DNA of 64,000 nt from a virus. The notes beneath the pieces were generated by a model. That model ran no database searches. It worked only from the letters and a program-made list of their open reading frames with translations, and was not told the origin of the DNA. Location of the stretch: positions 32,001 to 96,000 of the IMG/VR virus record IMGVR_UViG_3300037089_000505. The stretch is one strand, 5' to 3'. A program made the position numbers and the translations under genes. Shown here piece after piece: positions 10,627-21,386 of this stretch; position 1 is the stretch's first letter; each line of letters starts with the position of its first letter.

Positions 10627-11655
10627 ATGAAAATTAAGTACTCGTTCAAAACTGTTGAAAGTTTCCTCAAGGAGTACGTTAAAGACTATAAGGTATTGGG
10701 CAGCGGCGAATTAGCAATTAATTCGCCGTTCATGAGCGATACGACTTATGACTGTCATATAAACGTAGAGAAGGGAGCCTTCCATGATTGGGAATCTGAC
10801 GAACATGGAAACATAGAGGACTTAGTCGCCATTATTCTTGAGACCGACGACCCCGATGAAGCCCGACGAACATTATTCAAATATGGCTTTGCTGATATTC
10901 AAATTCAAGACACCAGACCCCAAGAACCTTTAATCTTAGACACTAAAGAAATAACGCTACCACCAAATACGTTAGCTTTTAGCAAGAAAGAAAAACGTGG
11001 CGGTATTAGAAATTTACAACTCGCACAAGCATTCTTAATGGAAAAACTTGTCAACTATAAATTGGCCACTAGATATAACCTGCGATGGACAGAAAGTTCT
11101 TATATAGGCAGTGTAAAAGATCCAGCTAAAAAATATAATCTTAGCCGCAGAATAATCATACCTACTTATGAAGATGGTAAATTAGTGTATTTTCAAGCGA
11201 GAGATTATACAGGCAAGAGCGAATTAAGATACAAGAATCCGCCAAAGGAATTGCAGCTCAAAAGTATCATAGTCCCATTTTATGACTTGATACTACCCAA
11301 CGAAATTCTGTTCATAAGCGAAGGACCGTGGGAAGCTATTCAATATTCTGGAACTTACATGTTAGGGCCCGTGATTTCTGATAGGCAGATATTTAAGATC
11401 AAAAAGAAAAATCCTAAAGCGATATATTTTGTGCCAGATAATGATGAGACTGGCCGAAGAAAGTTGATCAAAAACTTGGGTCACATAAAAAGTTTTCTCA
11501 GTTGTCCTATATACATCGTCAAGTGGTGGAAGAATGATTATGCAAACTTCAAAGATCCAATTGATGCCAAGATAAAGTTTGATGATTTAGTGAATGCTGA
11601 CTTTATTGAGTTTGACCAATATACCGAACTCAAAATAAGGATGGGTAATATATGA
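10627..11655 (+). CDS. DNA primase (TOPRIM), T4 gp61/DnaG-like
   Basis: RIIIP...G.LVYFQAR, RYKNP, EG..EA, DND.TG, KDP; N-terminal Zn-domain ligands partly degenerate. Confidence 0.85.
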   Translation: MKIKYSFKTVESFLKEYVKDYKVLGSGELAINSPFMSDTTYDCHINVEKGAFHDWESDEHGNIEDLVAIILETDDPDEARRTLFKYGFADIQIQDTRPQEPLILDTKEITLPPNTLAFSKKEKRGGIRNLQLAQAFLMEKLVNYKLATRYNLRWTESSYIGSVKDPAKKYNLSRRIIIPTYEDGKLVYFQARDYTGKSELRYKNPPKELQLKSIIVPFYDLILPNEILFISEGPWEAIQYSGTYMLGPVISDRQIFKIKKKNPKAIYFVPDNDETGRRKLIKNLGHIKSFLSCPIYIVKWWKNDYANFKDPIDAKIKFDDLVNADFIEFDQYTELKIRMGNI

Positions 11656-11879
11656 AGAAAGATTTTACGAAAGAAGACGCACTTTTGACAAAATGGAAAC
11701 CATTTTTACCACCATGGAAAATAACCCACAGAAAGAGTAAAAAGCGTAAGATACTTCTACTGACAGCTCAATTACTTGATAATCAAGAAAAGTATATGAA
11801 AGGTTTACCGCCCCAAGGATCTTCATTACTTGAGTGGATGACCTCATTACATTCAGTGGAGCTCACAAATGAACGTTGA
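11652..11879 (+). CDS. small protein resembling the N-terminal propeptide of T4-type major capsid protein
   Basis: LLTKWKPFL ... TAQLLDNQEKY. Confidence 0.5.
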   Translation: MKKDFTKEDALLTKWKPFLPPWKITHRKSKKRKILLLTAQLLDNQEKYMKGLPPQGSSLLEWMTSLHSVELTNER

Positions 11880-12342
11880 AATCGAACGCAAGTTCCTTGT
11901 AAAAGGAGACGGTTACAAAAGCCTTAGATTTAAAATCTATCGTCAAGGATATCTCTCCACAGAAACGAAGCATACAGTAAGGGTGCGAACGGTAGGGCGA
12001 AAAGCCTTTATAACCATCAAGGGTAAAAGAGTTGGAATTAGTCGGACTGAGTTTGAATACGAAATTCCTTATAGTGATGCCAAAGAAATGCTTGAGTTTC
12101 TATGCGAAAGGCCTATCATAGAAAAGACGCGATATATTGTTAAATACGGCGAACTGACTTGGGAAGTAGATGAATTCATGGGTGAGAACCAAGGACTTGT
12201 AATAGCAGAAGTTGAGCTCGAGAGCGAAGATCAAAAAATTCATTTGCCGCCATGGGTAGGAGAAGATGTATCAAAAGATCCCCGCTATGCTAATTCTAAT
12301 TTAGTGAGGAATCCTTACAAATCATGGCCGACAAAGAATTAA
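11869..12342 (+). CDS. CYTH-domain triphosphatase/adenylate cyclase-like protein
   Basis: EIERKFLV, QGYL, VRVR, EFEYEIP, EKTRY, WEVDEF, AEVEL. Confidence 0.92.
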   Translation: MNVEIERKFLVKGDGYKSLRFKIYRQGYLSTETKHTVRVRTVGRKAFITIKGKRVGISRTEFEYEIPYSDAKEMLEFLCERPIIEKTRYIVKYGELTWEVDEFMGENQGLVIAEVELESEDQKIHLPPWVGEDVSKDPRYANSNLVRNPYKSWPTKN

Positions 12343-13063
12343 CACTTGCATTACTTAAAGCAAGAGAGTGGATAAAAATAAGAGGTGTGCTAGTTCAAGT
12401 CTCACAAGAATATTCGCCTGACGGCATTGGAAGATTTCATGTAGATTTCATGACCACTAATATGGATTCACAACAACGATTGGGTCAGCTCATCTATCAA
12501 AATGTAATGCCATATAGTCCAACTAAAGAAACTGAACTCTGGATTATTAAAGTTGATTAGTAAGAAGGTTACTATTTTGATGCTTAGAGGCTTACACTGT
12601 GGAAACTGTCGGCACTTAGCACACATAGTAAGTGCAGTCGGTACCGGCTACTTATATCATTGTGAAAATAAAAAGTCTCGGCGACCAACGATGTCGTTAG
12701 AGGAAGCACGTTATCCGTGTAGCCATTGGAAAAAAGTTAAGTAATTACTTTTACGATTGTTGTAAGTGTAAGAATAGCGCACAGCCGTTAGATGATATAG
12801 GCTTATACTGTCGAGCGAAAGAAAAAGACGTATTGCCGTCTCAAAAAAAGTGCGAACATTATGCGGAGTATACATTGACTAAGAAAGAGTTCACAATAGG
12901 AGTTCTCAAAGATGAGTTGTGGTGTTGTTTATGTGTGCGTGGAACGGTAATTGCAAAGCCGGGCTCTCCTATTTATTGCACTATACATAATAGAGATGTG
13001 GCAATAAAATCACCACCATGCAAAAATTATTGCGATTGGAGAGGACCTATAAAAAATGAATGA
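12324..13063 (+). CDS. cluster of small ORFs (12324-12560, 12553-12744, 12875-13063), the latter two Cys-rich
   Basis: Overlapping ORFs; CxxC...C...C modules; shared N-terminal K-x-x-T-(I/L)-x-x-L-(K/R) motif. Confidence 0.6.
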
Positions 13064-13553
13064 TCTAAAATTCAATTGGCTTGGTGAAGGAATGCACTAT
13101 GGACAAGACACTCACTTCTTTTGCCTAACAGCTTTTAACATTGACCTTATATATTCAATCAATAAAAGAACTAAAATGTCAGACGGCGAAGAGTCGTTTG
13201 TAATAAATCGAGTAACACAAAAAAGTATAGGTAATGTCAACAAGAATAGAAGTATAGATGAAACTATAAACAATGTCTTTTTAATAAAAACAGATGATGC
13301 CTTTCATAGGAAATTCAAACATAGTTACTATTTGCTTAAGTTTGTTACAGATACTAATGTTATTACGATAGGTAAATATTCAGATAACACTGCTAGTAGT
13401 TCTTTTTATCTAATCTGCGGTACTGACTATATAAATCTATTAGCTGATACTAAAAAAGTTGAGTCAGCCGACGATATTAGAGAAACAGCGTTCAAACCAC
13501 TTATGTGTGTGTTTGATCGCAACGAAATGACTAAGGAACTGCTTCGAGATTAA
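13056..13553 (+). CDS. hypothetical protein
   Basis: 165-aa ORF with SD-like GGAG/GAGG upstream. Confidence 0.6.
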   Translation: MNDLKFNWLGEGMHYGQDTHFFCLTAFNIDLIYSINKRTKMSDGEESFVINRVTQKSIGNVNKNRSIDETINNVFLIKTDDAFHRKFKHSYYLLKFVTDTNVITIGKYSDNTASSSFYLICGTDYINLLADTKKVESADDIRETAFKPLMCVFDRNEMTKELLRD

Positions 13554-13570
13554 GGAGATAAAGTTAGCCC

Positions 13571-14839
13571 ATGAAAGAAAGTTTAAACCTTGGAACACTT
13601 GAACATTTGATCTTAAACTACTCTACAAAAGATCAAAGCTTCTGGTTGAAAGTATTCGAAAATCTAAAACCCGCCTTCTTTGAGAAGGACGATAATAAGA
13701 AAGTCTTTACATTCTTTAAGAACTATTTCGGTAAGTACAAACAAATACCTGCTCGACAAATAGTTGCAAACGAATTAAGAGACGTAGATGCATCTACATT
13801 ATCGGTTATTTATGAAGCACCTACCGAAGACGCAAAACAATACATATACGAAAAGACTCTTACCTTCATAAAAGAGAGTATGATGAAAGAGGCTTTTATG
13901 AAGTCTATCGACATTCTAGAAAAGAATGGTAAGGATAAGTTTGACGAAATAGAATCTGAAGTAAGAAAAGTCGTTAGATTCAATATGGATGTCTCGCTTG
14001 GTATTAGACTATCAGACGTAGATACCAGATACGAAAAGATCAAATCACTTGAGACAGAAAGAATACCCACTGGTTTCCCTCAATTAGACGCTTTACTCCA
14101 TGGAGGATGGGGACGTAAAGAGTTATTTGCCTGTGCAGCGCCTCCAGGAATTGGTAAATCAATCTTCTTAGCTAATTGGGCAGTTCAAGCTATGAAGCAC
14201 GGACATAACGTTCTAGTCTACACACTAGAAATAGCAGAAGAGCGATTGTCAATGAGGCATGATGCTATTCTAACTAAAATACCAGTAGACGAATTGATAT
14301 TAGATATTGATGCAATCAAAGCAAAGTATAAGATGTTTGCCAAAGTGTCTAAAGCTGACATGCAGATAAAAGAGTTCCCAACTAAGGGTGTCAGCATAAA
14401 CCAATTGAAGTCGCATTATGAACAACTAAATCTATATGAGGGTTTTGAACCAGAAATAATCTTTGTAGACTATGCTGGTCTATTAAGACCGTCCTTCAGA
14501 GTAGGAGATAACTACGAAGATTTAAGAACCATCTTTGAAGAACTAAGAGGTTGGGCGGTAGAGTTAGACATTCCTATCGTTACAGCTGCTCAAACAAACC
14601 GAAAGAGCATAGACGAAAAAGGTGGAACAAAAGAAATCATTACAATGGCTCAAGTAGCTGACTCACTTGGTATTACCCAAACCCTAGACGTCTTTATGAC
14701 TATAACACAATCAAGAACTGAAAAAGAAGAAGGCCGAATCAATTTGTATATAGATAAAAGCCGTAACGGAGAATCTTCAAAATCCATCGAGCTAAGCATA
14801 GATTATAAGAACTTCATAGTAGAGGAGTTAGGAATATGA
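13571..14839 (+). CDS. replicative DnaB-like helicase (T4 gp41-like)
   Basis: IPTGF..LD..L.GG, APPGIGKS, YTLE, FVDYA, TAAQTNR, KSRNG. Confidence 0.95.
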   Translation: MKESLNLGTLEHLILNYSTKDQSFWLKVFENLKPAFFEKDDNKKVFTFFKNYFGKYKQIPARQIVANELRDVDASTLSVIYEAPTEDAKQYIYEKTLTFIKESMMKEAFMKSIDILEKNGKDKFDEIESEVRKVVRFNMDVSLGIRLSDVDTRYEKIKSLETERIPTGFPQLDALLHGGWGRKELFACAAPPGIGKSIFLANWAVQAMKHGHNVLVYTLEIAEERLSMRHDAILTKIPVDELILDIDAIKAKYKMFAKVSKADMQIKEFPTKGVSINQLKSHYEQLNLYEGFEPEIIFVDYAGLLRPSFRVGDNYEDLRTIFEELRGWAVELDIPIVTAAQTNRKSIDEKGGTKEIITMAQVADSLGITQTLDVFMTITQSRTEKEEGRINLYIDKSRNGESSKSIELSIDYKNFIVEELGI

Positions 14840-15052
14840 TAGAATTCGAAGAAAGCAAGAGAGTGGATAATAAGCCTATTTCTCAGTTAGTTAATCGCGA
14901 AACTGGAAAACGCTACATTGATATGGACGACCTATTACATTTCTTGGATAATGTTGCTTTTCGAAGTGAAGGCTATACTGGCCCACAAGTCGTAGAATTC
15001 CTGAAGCAGCGCCTGACAGTTATGATGTCAGGTCAAGACGACAAATGTTGTT

Positions 15053-15588
15053 ATGAGTTATTTAGTCTCTAAGGAAGAAGCACTACTACTCTTAAAAGGC
15101 TGGCAAAAATCTCATCCACCAAAAGACGGTAGAGACTTTGTAGGACTTTGGTCTGACAGAGAACCTCATCTTTTATTTTGGGATAAAAATAATGAGACTT
15201 GGTCTGGCGTAACTAAAGACGAATATGAAGAGCCAGAGTATTGGCGTGAGTTGAATGCCACTGAGAATAAAAGATTAGAAAAATGGACGAAGTTCCTTGA
15301 TAAATGGTCATGACAAAAGAAGAGGTCATAAAACTTTTAAAATTAAAAGGCAGCGAACCACCACACGATAGATCCTTTCTAGGTCGTTGGTTTATTCGAG
15401 ACGCGACTTTTCGTATTGAAAAGGGCACTTATCATTGTACTGAGAGGTGGGTGACCCACATAATTCATTGGGAGAATGGTGAGTGGTGGTCAGATGATTC
15501 AGCTTATCCGTGGAGAAAACCAGAGGGTGGATGGAGAGAAATAGAAGAAGGAGATGAATACGATGAAGAATGGTATGAAGGCAGATGA
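15053..15588 (+). CDS. two paralogous Trp-rich small proteins (15053-15313, 15310-15588), DUF551-like
   Basis: PP(K/H)D...F.G.W ... W ... P..WRE(L/I) in both. Confidence 0.6.
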
Positions 15589-15899
15589 TATAAAACCAGC
15601 TTGGGAACTTGACCCAAAAGACATAACTAAAAGATTGCTAAAGGATATACCGAGCGGACTTCGCTATACTCAGAAAGATAAAGAGCGAGCTATAGATGAG
15701 GCTTTCAGTGCTTGTGCCTTCGGTAGTATGCAGAATGGAGTACCTGGTGAAATCATTAACCATCTATCCAAAGAAACTCGCGACATACTACAACATTGCA
15801 CATCGCAAGATTGGATGCACAGAATACCGACTTGGCTTGACAACGATAAAAGCCTTGATGCACAAATTCGCAGAATGGCGCCGAATTGGAATAAAAAGA

Positions 15900-16367
15900 A
15901 TGGACGACGAAGGTAGTGTTTGGTTTCACGGGACCGATACCAAAAAGAAGTATCTCTCAATACTAAAAAGTGGGTTCAAACCTTATACTTATTTTACACC
16001 ATACCTTGATACAGCTATCGGATATGGTGGGAAATATGTATTTGCTATTTACTTTGAAAAGAACCCTACTAAGTACTGGGAATGGAGAAATACCGAAATA
16101 ATCCCGCCTGACAGAATCTTACACGTCAAAGAATACTCCTACACCGTTAAATATATCAACGAAGCTGCTCTTAAAGAACAACACCATTCTGATCTTTTAG
16201 AAAGAAATCCTGGTAAAATTATTTGCCCAAAATGCGACGGTCACGGCGAACATAGACCTAAGAAATATAGACTTCAACACATATACAAAATCGGGGGTGG
16301 ATCTTTCAGGACCAGAAAAGACAAATGTAATATTTGTGAAAACTGTAACGGATATGGAGTAGTCTAA
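15900..16367 (+). CDS. ADP-ribosyltransferase-like protein with C-terminal CxxCxGxG zinc finger
   Basis: WFHGT...SILKSGF...YFT.....A..YG...WEW...IPP.RI; CPKCDGHG and CENCNGYG; likely start ATG 15900. Confidence 0.6.
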   Translation: MDDEGSVWFHGTDTKKKYLSILKSGFKPYTYFTPYLDTAIGYGGKYVFAIYFEKNPTKYWEWRNTEIIPPDRILHVKEYSYTVKYINEAALKEQHHSDLLERNPGKIICPKCDGHGEHRPKKYRLQHIYKIGGGSFRTRKDKCNICENCNGYGVV

Positions 16368-16686
16368 AGTCAAGATAATTTCATGGTTAAGCTTGGCCGC
16401 TGGTACAAAGACGAATACAATGAATATACAATGCCTCTCGTTGTTGATATACTGAAAGATAAACTAACTGCTATTATTTCTTTACCAGATACTAGAAACT
16501 CAGACTCTGAAAAACTTAATTACATTTTAACAGATAGATACACCGACACCTTCGGCCTAATGATAGGTGAGATGCCAAAACTACAATCTAAAAGTTTCTC
16601 TAGAAAATTGCCCAGAAAGACAATGCGAAAGGCACTCAAAGCTATATTTACGGGGAAAGCGTAAAGATAAATATAAGGAGACTCTC

Positions 16687-17470
16687 ATGACACTTTACGG
16701 TTTACTGTTACAAAATTTGACTGACTTAAATGAAATGCATGCAGTTCCAGGCCCAGGTGGATTAAGGCACGGACGTGGGGCAGCTGGACACTTAAGAGGT
16801 TTTGAAAAATCTAAACCACCTGCAGGTATGTCTGGTAAAGATTGGCACATTGGAGATAAGTGGATGAGCTATGAAGAAGCTCAATTATATCTCAAAGACA
16901 AACTGAAACGATCTGTTCCAGAAAAAGAACTTGACCACATGGACGTAGATGAAATGGTCGCTAAAACAAAGGAACTGGCTTTAAAATTGTGAAATTGTCA
17001 GAAGCTCTTTTTCTAGAAATGAACGTAGAGTCTCCTATTAACCCACTAGGCTCATATCCTGGTCCCGGATATGCAAGTCCTGGCTTTAAATTCAATACGC
17101 CTCAAACTCCAGTTACTTCGCAAGGTGCAGACAAAGAAGCTTATAAATATTACGGGAAAAGATACCCTATTCCTAAGAAAAAGAAGAAAGAAAAAAGAAA
17201 GAGGGGCGTAGATGAGATTGATAAACTATCAACAGATATTGATGCGCCAGGTAATGGCTTCGGATCAATGTATTAGGAGTTAATATGAAGCTAGCAGAAG
17301 CTATAGGAACAATCCCTACACCAAACAAGATGAATGAACCATACTTGAACTTCGGCACTCATATAGAAAAACCCCGTAAGAGACCTAAGCCGTTGCGCCG
17401 ACGTCTCAACCCACTCAAGGCAGCGACTCGCCTACCCAACATAAAACCTGCTCCACTCGAAGGCTATTAA
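16687..17470 (+). CDS. three small basic/Pro-Gly-rich proteins (16687-16992, 16989-17276, 17285-17470), candidate internal head proteins
   Basis: N-termini MTLYGLLLQNLTDLNE, MKLSEALFLE, MKLAEAIG; AGGAG SD at 16687 and 17285. Confidence 0.5.
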
Positions 17471-17491
17471 CTATCGATTCTATAATATAGT
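17471..17491 (+). promoter_or_regulatory. TCGA-N8-TAnnnT promoter (leaderless geometry)
   Basis: ctaTCGA ttctataa TATAGT, 6 nt to ATG 17498. Confidence 0.6.
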
Positions 17492-17497
17492 CCACTA

Positions 17498-17761
17498 ATG
17501 GACGCGAACAAACTAAAAAAACTTAAGGAAATCAAATACCAGATTCGGAAATGCTGTGGAACATGTAAGCACGCTAACTTCCCCGCGAATGATTGGTCTA
17601 CCTGCCAATTTCACACATATCAACATCAAAAACATACAGTAGAAATGAGAAACTTATCTGTCAACAGCTATGGATATTGTCCCAGCTTTGAGTGGAGTGA
17701 GTTTTATCTAAAGGCTGAACTCGGTCTTTGGTTGAGCTTTACTGAAGGAAGTGAAACATGA
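17498..17761 (+). CDS. Cys/His-rich hypothetical protein
   Basis: CCGTCKH...C..H.Y.H.KH...GYC. Confidence 0.65.
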   Translation: MDANKLKKLKEIKYQIRKCCGTCKHANFPANDWSTCQFHTYQHQKHTVEMRNLSVNSYGYCPSFEWSEFYLKAELGLWLSFTEGSET

Positions 17762-18117
17762 CAAAAACAAAGATCGTTCTTGCAACTGGAGCTGGATTAT
17801 TTGTAATTCTTTTCTTCTTTTTGGTTATATGTTTTCCAAGGCCATTTCCAACTGAAACTCAGCAATTTTCAGAAATCCAAAAATCAATCGACGAGAACGA
17901 AAAGAAACTCCAAGAAGCCGAGCAAGGCGTGTGGAACATTCAAAGGGATTTGTGCAATCTTACTCTTCAGATTTGGGTGACGGATATGATTCGTCATCAT
18001 CAAACTTTTTCTCTCACACACATTGAGACTATAGAAGATTTTAGTCCAATGACCGATTGGATGGCTTTATTGGACAGTTGGGTTCTTTGGCTTCAAAAGA
18101 AAATCATCATCAGAGAA

Positions 18118-18138
18118 GTTTCGAATCCAGTTTAGTAT
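18118..18138 (+). promoter_or_regulatory. TCGA-N8-TAnnnT promoter (leaderless geometry)
   Basis: gttTCGA atccagtt TAGTAT, 6 nt to GTG 18145. Confidence 0.65.
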
Positions 18139-18144
18139 TAATTT

Positions 18145-18669
18145 GTGGAAAAGGTCAATCTCCCAGAAATGCAGAAAGGTGCTTGGAAGGTAGAACGTTT
18201 CACTACCGACCGAACTGATTGGAGTTCACTCTTTCATGGAAGGGCAGTTCCAGTTGGCGAAACCTATACGCGCCTCATGCGAGACAATGTTCTAGTAATG
18301 TCGGACACTCCTGCTGAAATGCACGACCATCGAGATCCTGTCGATTTTGCAAGAGGCTCCTGTCTTTTGAGTGGACTTGGCCTTGGAATGGTTTTGAAAA
18401 ACATCCTGCTCAAGCCATATGTTACAGATGTAACAGTGATAGAAGTCTCTCAAGATCTGATCGACCTTATTTCGCCTTTCTACATTGATCCACGAGTCAC
18501 AATCATTTGTGCAGATGCTTTAGCCTACAGGCCGCCCAGAGGCAAACACTACAATATGGTCTGGCATGATATCTGGGACAACATCTGTGAAGACAATCTT
18601 GAGAGCATGAAAAAGCTCAGAATGAAGTACGCAAGGCGAAGTGATTGGCAAGGTTGCTGGGCTCAATAG
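18145..18669 (+). CDS. SAM-dependent methyltransferase (spermidine-synthase-like fold)
   Basis: VMSDTPAE, GLGLG motif I, VTVIE, ADA, WHDIW. Confidence 0.8.
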   Translation: MEKVNLPEMQKGAWKVERFTTDRTDWSSLFHGRAVPVGETYTRLMRDNVLVMSDTPAEMHDHRDPVDFARGSCLLSGLGLGMVLKNILLKPYVTDVTVIEVSQDLIDLISPFYIDPRVTIICADALAYRPPRGKHYNMVWHDIWDNICEDNLESMKKLRMKYARRSDWQGCWAQ

Positions 18670-19803
18670 GAATGCAAAAGATGAAGTTTCTTTTCAAAGC
18701 ATTAAATCCTTTTACACAAAGCAGCAAGACAATGTTCTTCATATTCCTGTTTCGTCTTTTACTCATGTTGGTCTTTTTGCTTCTTGCAGCTCTTGTCTGC
18801 TTTGGGCAAGACGTAACTACTGGTACATGGGTAGATAGAGCCCATGGCGGTGCAGAAGCTACTTTCAACGATGATGGTACTAGTATATGGTTGAAGTCTA
18901 ATCCAGTCCTCACTGACGACGAAGTTCAGTGGATAAGAACTGAATGGCATTTCACATACGCAATTGAGGGCGACAAAATAACTCTACTCCGTCTAACGGA
19001 TAACGTAACGTTCATCGGCAAAGTTGTCAGGTGTACGCCGTCACATTTGACATTATTGATCAAGGACGGCAAACTTTCCACAAGATACGAATTTGAAAAC
19101 GAGAATGTCCAAACGTTTGAACCTGACGAAAATGATTGGGAGGACTGAAATGATTTATCGACTGTCTTCTTACATGGCACCCAAAAAGAAAAGTGCTCAG
19201 TTCAGGGGTAATCTCAAATTTGAGATTACAGTCAGAGGTAGTATGCGAATACTCATCAGGGATATTCTTCACGCAATCAAATATCGCATTGAGTCAGCAC
19301 AGGAAACTGAGGCTTTTATAAATATTCTCGAAGACAGGAGGCTCTTAACTTCAGTTTTTCATATTCATGCCCGTCGAGTGACCATACTTGAAACTGCTGC
19401 AATAAAAAAAGCTGCTGAGCAAATCTTCAAGCAGCTTCATGCGCCCGCATATTTTCATTCGAAAGGAATCGTAGTTTGAGAAGTCCCGTAGATGTAGCAC
19501 ATAGAATCGCGCGGCAAGTCCCACTTGAACTTAAAGGACAGTTTGAAGACTTAGCCGTCAATGATCTTGCGTGGTACATCCGAGACTTTGCTTGCAAGCC
19601 ACCTGAGCAGTGGATCACTTGTTTTGCAAATCTTCAGGACTATTGCTGGTCTCATCTATGGAATGAAAGTGGCTATCTGCCCGAAGAATGGCAACAAAAG
19701 GTCGCTGCTATCATTTCGGATAGAACGCTCGAAGAAGTCAAAAGACTTAACGCGGAGGAGTACAAGCACAGAGTCAAATACGATTTAAAAAAGAAGGCGA
19801 AAA

Positions 19804-20625
19804 ATGAAGATTACAATAGTTGGAAGCGGTAACGCTTTTTCGTTCAAAAATTACAACACCTGTTTTTTACTCGAAGAAGATAACAAGAAACTACTCATCG
19901 ACTGTGGTGGAGAAGTTCCACAAGCTTTACACGATAAACTCAATCTGAGCTATAAAGATATAGACGCAATCTATGTAAGCCACTCGCATGCTGATCATAT
20001 TGGCGGCTTAGAAAAGTTTGGCTTTGCTCGATATGATTGGGTAAACAAACCACGTCTATGGAATCAATCCGAAAAGCCTTATGCGCCCGTTCTGATTGGC
20101 AATGCAACGTTACTTCTAAACATTTGGCAAAGATCACTTCGTGGTGGAATGGACACGCTTGAGTTTCAAACCACACTGGAAACCTTTTTCCATACTTTGC
20201 CTATAGACAACAATGAGTTTTATTGGCAGGGATGGGACTTTAAACTTATTCGCAACCTTCACGGAGAAGGCAACAACAAATATTCATATGGCCTTTATGG
20301 CGTTAGGCCAAATTATCCCTCGGTTTACTTTACCACTGATAGTAGATTCGATGATTCATCTGAAAAGATTGAACTATATCGCAAAGCCGATAGAATTTTC
20401 CAGGATTGCGAATGCACTCCATATCTTTCTGGTGCTCATGCAAACTATCAACAGCTGGTGACTTTACCGACTGATATTAAGAAGAAAATGTATCTCACTC
20501 ACTATCAAGATTCTGTGTATGACGGTGGTGATGAAAACAAATATGAAGTTAGGGCAGAACTTGACGGCTTCGTTGGTTTTATCGAGCCGGGTGAAATTTG
20601 GTATTTATCAGAGGTAAATAAATGA
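19804..20625 (+). CDS. metallo-beta-lactamase-fold hydrolase (RNase Z-like)
   Basis: GSGNAF, LIDCG, SHSHADHIGG, FTTD, H..Y, LTHY. Confidence 0.9.
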   Translation: MKITIVGSGNAFSFKNYNTCFLLEEDNKKLLIDCGGEVPQALHDKLNLSYKDIDAIYVSHSHADHIGGLEKFGFARYDWVNKPRLWNQSEKPYAPVLIGNATLLLNIWQRSLRGGMDTLEFQTTLETFFHTLPIDNNEFYWQGWDFKLIRNLHGEGNNKYSYGLYGVRPNYPSVYFTTDSRFDDSSEKIELYRKADRIFQDCECTPYLSGAHANYQQLVTLPTDIKKKMYLTHYQDSVYDGGDENKYEVRAELDGFVGFIEPGEIWYLSEVNK

Positions 20626-21188
20626 ACTACTTCTCTTCCGACTGGCATCTCGGCCATACCAATATCATCAAATACTGCCATCGGCCTTTTGTAAGCTCAG
20701 AAGAGATGGATGCTATTATACTCAAAAACTTTTTTGACACTGTCAAACCTGGAGATAAATTTTTCTATCTTGGAGATCTTTCTTTTCATATTGACACAAT
20801 CAAGAGAGTATTAAATAGTCTAGCCGGTACTAATATCAAAAGCGTATTCTTAGTAGGGAACCACGATAATTACAACGTAGCCATTAGACAAGTGGCAAAA
20901 TCTGGGGGCATTGAAATAGTGGATGGCTTTCTTGACATTAACATAGAAGGTCAAGCTATAACCTTATGCCATTATGCAATGCAGTCTTTTTACAAATCTC
21001 ATTTTGGCGCTTGGGGTCTGTACGGCCATCATCATACTAATGTCAGCCAAGAAGTGACTGGCAAAAAGATGAATGTGGGAGTAGATCAACACAACTTCTT
21101 TCCAGTTTCATTTGATCAGGTAAAGGCCTACATGAAAAACCGACCCGACAATTGGGACACAATTCATGATGCCGAAAAAAGATTTTAA
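20622..21188 (+). CDS. calcineurin-like metallophosphoesterase
   Basis: SDWHLGH.NII.YC.RPF, LGD, GNHD, LCHY, YGHHH, NVGVD. Confidence 0.9.
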   Translation: MNYFSSDWHLGHTNIIKYCHRPFVSSEEMDAIILKNFFDTVKPGDKFFYLGDLSFHIDTIKRVLNSLAGTNIKSVFLVGNHDNYNVAIRQVAKSGGIEIVDGFLDINIEGQAITLCHYAMQSFYKSHFGAWGLYGHHHTNVSQEVTGKKMNVGVDQHNFFPVSFDQVKAYMKNRPDNWDTIHDAEKRF

Positions 21189-21386
21189 AGCCATAGAAGC
21201 ATATCATCGTTCTGAGCGTGATAGGTTAGATGCCGCTCTACCAAGAAAAGAATCTACAATTCGCATTCTTAAAGATCAAGATTGTCAACATTGTACTTAT
21301 CAGGGTTTAAAAAAACCTAAAGATATAGCTGATGCTTTATTTGGTTACTGTCCATACTTTGGATTTGAGCCAAATACTTGCAACTG

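Noticed and set aside
15696-15899. N-terminal extension of the ART-like ORF
   Set aside because: It lies entirely within ORF 15554-15916; ATG 15900 fits the usual short overlap.
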